NCBI GenBank assembly: GCA_964016885.1
Contig: OZ024742.1
Location: 257,424,001-257,488,000 of the forward strand
Reading direction: 5' to 3'
Length of the DNA: 64,000 nucleotides
Origin: Eledone cirrhosa
Taxonomy: Eukaryota
Part shown: one piece after another, positions 56,507-64,000 of the stretch
Layout of the letters: every line of letters starts with the position of its first letter
How positions within the stretch are numbered: position 1 is the first letter of the stretch
Notes under the pieces: generated by a model
Seen by the model: the letters and a program-made list of their open reading frames with translations, nothing else
Told to the model about the DNA's origin: nothing
Databases searched by the model: none
Made by a program: the position numbers and the translations under genes

Positions 56507-56689
56507 ATATATATATAGATGGAGGAATCTATAGTTTACGTGTTGCATTGCATATGGTATAAAGAATTGGAAGTTTGAATGCCACGACAATGGGAAATGA
56601 ACGAATTAATAAATAACCAAGTCGGATGAAATAAGAAGCATTTTTACCTTATTTCTTTAAGTCCTGATATTTCGAGATTCAAGGTCATC

Positions 56690-57730
56690 TCGGGGATAGC
56701 TGTCCGCATAGTGAGTGTCTCGAGTGAGCTAGTTTTAAGTCTATCCCCTCACTTCGGATAGCAGTTGCTGTGCCATCACTGAAATGTGGGAGCATCGGGA
56801 AGCAGATCTTGGTGAAGTTCGTGTTTCGAATGAAGTGTTTCCTATTTCTAAGGTGATTCAACTTGGATGTTAGGTAACCGTTTAGCATAATCATTTCACA
56901 GAATTGTGTGGTGTGCATGTCTCGGTCTCCTGTAGTGCTTCATTTACTCCAAATATGTCTCAGTTCATTCGTTATATATCAAGGCCTGGTACCAAGGGGA
57001 AGAGCCAATTTAAAAGGGAAAAACAGGTCATTGATGTCGGCTTTTTAGCATGGACGCCGCCTTTTTCCGTTACAGTTAGTTGGGAGTCAAGCAGGGAAAT
57101 GGCATCCTGTGTCATCGGGGAGTTCCCTGCTGTATCATTATGTTAATGTTCATACTAGAGAATGCTGTGTATAGTTTGTCTGCATCTTTACAGGATGGTG
57201 TAATGATGAGTATGCCATCTACATATCGGGTGAAGAAAACACAGAAGTGGCAATGTTTGAGGGTCAGACGTTCTAGCCGGTTCATGTACGTTGTGGCCAG
57301 CAGGCCCGATAGGCTGGATCCCATAGATAGTCCTGTTGATTTGCTGTATGCGTGTTGGTAGAAGTTGAAGTAAGTATTATCCACCGTAATGTTTAGAAGC
57401 TGGTGTATGTTTGACAGGCGGAGGCCATAGCAGTATATGTTCTCAAAGACAATGAAGTCCGTCAATAAATTGAGAGTTGGGTGAGCAAAACTGTAGTTTA
57501 GAGGGAGACAAGTCGAAAATAAAGGGCGTACCTTTTGATTCTATGGTGGTCTGATTGGAGTTGATGGAGTCTTGTAAAACTTCCTCGGAGCTACTGAAAT
57601 GACGGAAGGTGGAGAGGATAGACATAAGTATCTGGGTGAGGAGTCAAAACATTCTATATCGAGGTCCTTCTATGCTGGAGACGATAGGTCTCATTTTGAG
57701 TCTGGTATTATTTTGTGGGCCTTAATGAAT
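56690..57730 (-). pseudogene. Decayed PLE reverse transcriptase fragment
   Basis: NTYFNF..GLSMGSSLSGLLA..YM..FTRYVDGIL (ORF 57112-57465). Confidence 0.75.
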
Positions 57731-57841
57731 CTACTCACCCAGATCTATAAGTATGTAGAAGAAATATTTATAACACCAACTATGAATGAAGAAGGTAATT
57801 TTAACTTGTTGACTGACACTCCTTTCTTATCTCTCTCTCTG

Positions 57842-58234
<393 letters not shown>

Positions 58235-58580
58235 TTAAGCTCTGTTACCTACATAGAGCACTCTTTTTCCCAGACTTTTCCGACGTAATTACTTCCTTTA
58301 CACACACATACACACACATATATATATATATATATAAATATATAGTATTAAGGATACTATTTATAGTTATGTATATACTAAAACCTTTTATAGTTATATA
58401 TATTTTTAAACCCTAAATAGTGAAAGACAGTAATTTATTACTATCTTATTACCAGTAAGATAAATAGCTCAATGTAATAACATCAGTTGTTTTACAGAGC
58501 AGTTATATAGAAATTACATGAATCAATGTTCATTTTAAGCAAATAAATGATTTAAACTGAACTTTGATTCATGTAATTTC

Positions 58581-59690
<1,110 letters not shown>

Positions 59691-59835
59691 CTAGTATTTA
59701 TTGCTATCATACCATAAGTTTATTCTATATATATAGACATATATATATACACATATAAATACATAGACATATACATATATACACACATATATATATATAT
59801 ATATATACACACATACATATATACATACATTCACA

Positions 59836-59899
<64 letters not shown>

Positions 59900-59940
59900 A
59901 TAAATACACTCATGTATATACACATATACACATACATAAC

Positions 59941-60004
<64 letters not shown>

Positions 60005-60021
60005 CATATACATATATATAT

Positions 60022-60073
<52 letters not shown>

Positions 60074-60134
60074 ACACACACATGTACACATACACATATA
60101 CACAATGATATATATATATACACACACGTATATA

Positions 60135-60174
<40 letters not shown>

Positions 60175-60471
60175 ATATACACACATATATATACATACAT
60201 ACATATATATACTCATACATAGACATACATATATACACACACACATACACACATACATATACGCATATATACACATACATACACATACATATATATATAT
60301 ATATATATGCACATATACATATATATATATATATATATATATGGAAAGTTATATTTAAATTGTTGGGTTACAACTAGTAAATATTTATAACTGATATAAA
60401 AGCACTCAACAAGTATTTGGAGTATATTTACGATATTAAATAAATGGCAACTATATTTATAAAACCATATT

Positions 60472-60537
60472 TATTTCATTATATATATTTCAGGGATATC
60501 TTATTAACAATATGTTATGCCTTCTTCAGACAAAATA
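60472..60537 (-). ncRNA. Type I hammerhead (mirror of 60658-60723)
   Basis: Reverse complement has the same CTGAAGA..GAAA-tatata-TA core. Confidence 0.7.
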
Positions 60538-60657
60538 CAATATAGACAGTTTTATAGATAAATAGATTTGACATACCGTTCAACATCGACTTTTTCAAAT
60601 ACAAGTCGATGTTGAACAGTATGTCAAATCTATTTATCTATAAAACTGTCTATATTG

Positions 60658-60723
60658 TATTTTGTCTGAAGAAGGCATAACATATTGTTAATATGATATC
60701 CCTGAAATATATATAATGAAATA
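60658..60723 (+). ncRNA. Type I hammerhead ribozyme
   Basis: tattttgt-CTGAAGA-agg..taaca tat tgtta..cct-GAAA-tatata-TA-atgaaata. Confidence 0.7.
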
Positions 60724-60884
60724 AATATGGTTTTATAAATATAGTTTCCATTTATTTAATATCGTAAATATACTCCAAATACTTGTTGAGTGCTTTTATA
60801 TCAGTTATAAATATTTACTAGTTGTAACCCAACAATTTAAATATAACTTTCCATATATATATATATATATATATGTATATGTGC

Positions 60885-60915
<31 letters not shown>

Positions 60916-61274
60916 CATATTTGTCTGACTGGGTGTATTAATTTATTTATTTATTTATTTATTTTATTTATTTATTTTTTTATTTTTTATTTTTTTATTT
61001 TTTTATTTTTTTATTTTTTTATTTTTTTATTTTTTTATTTTTTTATTTTTATATATATGTATATATATGTATATATATATATATGTATATATATGTGTGT
61101 GTGTATGTATATGTATGTATGTATGTATGTGTATGTATATGAGTGTGTGTGTGTATGTGTGTATATATTTATATGTGTATATATATCTCTATTTATATAT
61201 GTATATATATATATATGTGTGGGTATGTATGTGTATATGTGTATATACATGAGTGTATTTATGTATGTGTGTAT

Positions 61275-61312
<38 letters not shown>

Positions 61313-61331
61313 TGTGAATGTATGTATATAT

Positions 61332-61381
<50 letters not shown>

Positions 61382-61480
61382 ATATATGTATATGTCTATG
61401 TATTTATATGTGTATATATATATGTATGCGCGTGTGTGTATGTGTATGTGTTTATGTATATGTGTATGTATATGTATATA

Positions 61481-61523
<43 letters not shown>

Positions 61524-61549
61524 ATCGATGTATATTTTATATTTTACTT

Positions 61550-61588
<39 letters not shown>

Positions 61589-62181
61589 CTTATTATTTTT
61601 CTTTTTTCTTTTTCTTTTTATTTCCTAATTTTATAGATACATTTTTAAATAGGCAGTTTGCTGACACCAGTAAATACTGACCTCTCCCCCCCCCCACCTA
61701 CTTTCTGTATATGGATCTAAATATGTGTGGCAGTGTTTATGTGCGCGCATTAATGTCCATATGCTTATGATAATAGTATATACACATATATGTGTGTGGG
61801 AGTGTGTGTGTGTATGTATGTTCGTGGTTGTGTGTATGTTTATGCATATATGCGCGTGTGTGTGTGAATGTATGTATATGTGTGATTATATGAATGTGTA
61901 TATATTTATTTTTATATTTATATGTTTATATGCGTATATGTATTTTATCTGTAGATTATAAACATACAGAGACATTAGCCCTGATTTTTTGTATTTACAT
62001 ACATCTTTTCGGCATGCGTATGCATATGAACATATATTTTTATGCATATCTGTGAACGAAGTTTCTTACATATATACACACACCTAACTGTATAAACTTT
62101 TTGTGTTTCCATTGGTCAATTTGAACTCTGTTCCCAAACAGACCTGTAATTTTGAATTGTTGTTATTATCAATAAATATAT

Positions 62182-62335
62182 TTCATTATTTCTGAAGACG
62201 GCATATATATGAGTTGGTATGTATATTTAATTTTGATAGTTTGTATAATTTTGTATAATTTTGTACATAGATCTGTTAAATATACATGCCAATTCTAACA
62301 CATATATATCCCAGAAACGATCGTTAAATAATGAA
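62182..62335 (+). ncRNA. Type I hammerhead with about 115-nt stem II (diverged member of the 40191/51334 family)
   Basis: ttcattattt-CTGAAGA-..ttggtatgtatattt..aaatatacatgccaa..-GAAA-CGATCG-TT-aaataatgaa; perfect 10-bp stem I. Confidence 0.78.
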
Positions 62336-62414
62336 CTTTTTTGGTTTAATATAAGGAACTGTTTCATTGTTTTATTCATTATTTTTTTAATATTTTATAT
62401 ATATATATATATAT

Positions 62415-62770
62415 ACACGCATAGCAGAACATTGAACTGAAATTAATTGAGCGCACGCGCGTGTGTATGTGTGTAGCGTTGGTTAACCCAATATTTCGAA
62501 TTTACATCGTTAAATTTAGCTCTTTACATGGATGTGTATATACCCGGACTCCCCCCCCCCCCCCACACACACACACATTTTTGGGACGATTCGGATGTGT
62601 ATATACCATTTACCATAACGCACACTTCAAGATATGGATGTTACAATTGGATCTATACACGTACAGCAGAACACTGACTGAACTTACTTGCGCGCTACGC
62701 GCGTGTGTTTGTGTGTATATGTGTGTAGCGTTGGTTAACCCAATATTTCCGATTTACATCGTCAAATTGA
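62415..62770. repeat. About 105-bp direct repeat (62415-62520 / 62655-62770) upstream of the HHR at 63236
   Basis: tacacg..agcagaaca..tgtgtagcgttggttaacccaatattt occurs twice. Confidence 0.8.
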
Positions 62771-63235
62771 CATCTGACCGACATAGCTTATGTTGATTTG
62801 CGAACTAACTTTTCGGTGATTGCTGTGTTGGTACATTCTTATATGTGCTTTTTCTCGGATTTCGCTTCGGTGTGAGTTGGGGTGTGTGTTTACCCACCCA
62901 CGCTAATTCTGCGGATTTAATACTGTGTTCATGCGTGTATATATATGTATTTATTTTTATTTTTATTTTTCTTTGGCGTCGAGCCGATGTATGCGGGTGT
63001 GGAGTGTGTGTGTATCCACTCACTTCTAACTGTGACTGACTGTATCCCTACTGATTTGTTTGATATCCAGCGTCTTTTGTAGCGATAGAAGTCTGAAAAC
63101 GTTTATGACCTGAACTAAAGCTAATAGCAGTCGCCTTGTCTGTGACTGACTGGTGTGTCTCCATATGAGGGAATGAATTATGTGAGAGAACATCGTTATT
63201 TTTTCCTCCCTCATATCGAGAATTTTAAGACAATT

Positions 63236-63321
63236 CATTTTCACCTGATGAGATCAGTGATAATCGATCATGGCTTCACAATCGAACTATCTCTTATTGA
63301 AACATGTGTCGTGATTAAATG
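63236..63321 (+). ncRNA. Type I hammerhead with extended stem II
   Basis: cattttcac-CTGATGA-gat..gata.tcgat..atcga.ctatc..att-GAAA-catgtg-TC-gtgattaaatg; GUC triplet. Confidence 0.7.
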
Positions 63322-63532
63322 ATTGGAATTTTACCTTGCCTTCGGATTTTCATTTTGATACTTATACTCCGTTTTACAACATCTAGCTGTTCCCTCGAAT
63401 GGAATTGGAGATATACAAAAGCGTGGAGAACTTAATATTGCTAACATAAAGTAATTGGACCATTTTACACAACCAATATTGCACCTTACTATATATATAT
63501 ATAGTTATGTAATAAACAACATAAGATAATTA

Positions 63533-63592
63533 TTTCATTTAACAGTGGTTTCTTGAAAGCAATTAAATCTGCTTTCAGTTGTCAGAATGAAA
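63533..63592 (-). ncRNA. Decayed hammerhead (core CTGACAA), 58144 family
   Basis: tttcatt-CTGACAA-ctgaaagca..tgctttcaa-GAAA-ccactgt-TA-aatgaaa. Confidence 0.6.
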
Positions 63593-63741
63593 AAAACGTG
63601 GTGTTTTTTAGTGAATGTGGATTTGAAAACAGAAATATAAGAAATATGAAAGTGAGGCTGAGGAAACAACGAGGGAAGAAGAAAAACATTATATATATAT
63701 ACACACACACATACACACACATTTATACATATACACACACG

Positions 63742-63801
<60 letters not shown>

Positions 63802-63803
<2 letters not shown>

Positions 63804-63978
63804 AACCAGTGCTGAGCTCAAGCCGTTTCGACAGCTAATTCACGAATTAGACGTCGAAACGGCTTGAGCACAGCCGTCGGGGTCTTACTTGTTCCTATTA
63901 CCCACACTACTACCCTAAGTATTGAGTACTTTGGTGCGTTATGGTCCACCTGGTTCCTTACCACATTTCCTTCGTTAT
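63802..63978 (+). mobile_element. Fold-back copy of the 19478/42134 family (centre about 63842)
   Basis: gctgagctcaagccgtttcgac..ctaattc ac gaattag..gtcgaaacggcttgagcacagc; flanked by (AT)n. Confidence 0.8.
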
Positions 63979-64000
63979 ATATATATATATATATATATAT

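Larger units (their letters stand above)
59739..61425. repeat. Large fold-back repeat: 250-bp unique arms (60343-60592 / 60603-60852) extended by mirrored compound microsatellites
   Basis: Near-perfect reverse complement; rare words such as cattcacaacac / gtgttgtgaatg are mirrored inside the microsatellite. Confidence 0.88.

Noticed and set aside
56660-56700. gagat..atctc-GAAA hairpin on the minus strand downstream of the PLE RT
   Set aside because: No CUGANGA box; not counted as an HHR.

Overview
AT-rich animal (eukaryotic) DNA, most likely a coleoid cephalopod such as Octopus (inferred from the SINE families and the extreme (AT)n/(CA)n/(CT)n microsatellite load). Most ORFs in the supplied track are microsatellite artefacts, and no intact host gene is evident. 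The window is a mosaic of mobile DNA: one full-length but decayed Helitron (22237-28712), many Penelope-like element (PLE; RT + GIY-YIG) fragments including a near-complete one (48460-51260) and a 4.8-kb head-to-head inverted pair (9155-13980), a small LTR element with a tRNA-Trp-like PBS, two tRNA-derived SINE families, and RTE and piggyBac remnants. The main hidden signal is RNA structure. By eye I find about 19 type I hammerhead ribozyme (HHR) motifs with intact catalytic cores and about 12 variant or decayed ones, from roughly a dozen unrelated sequence families. They lie in PLE 3' repeats and in non-coding 430-520 bp tandem or circularly permuted units that look like retrozymes, one with clear base-pair covariation. 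Many of these elements are inserted into (AT)n tracts as fold-back palindromes. All folds and alignments were made by eye; no ribozyme activity is shown.
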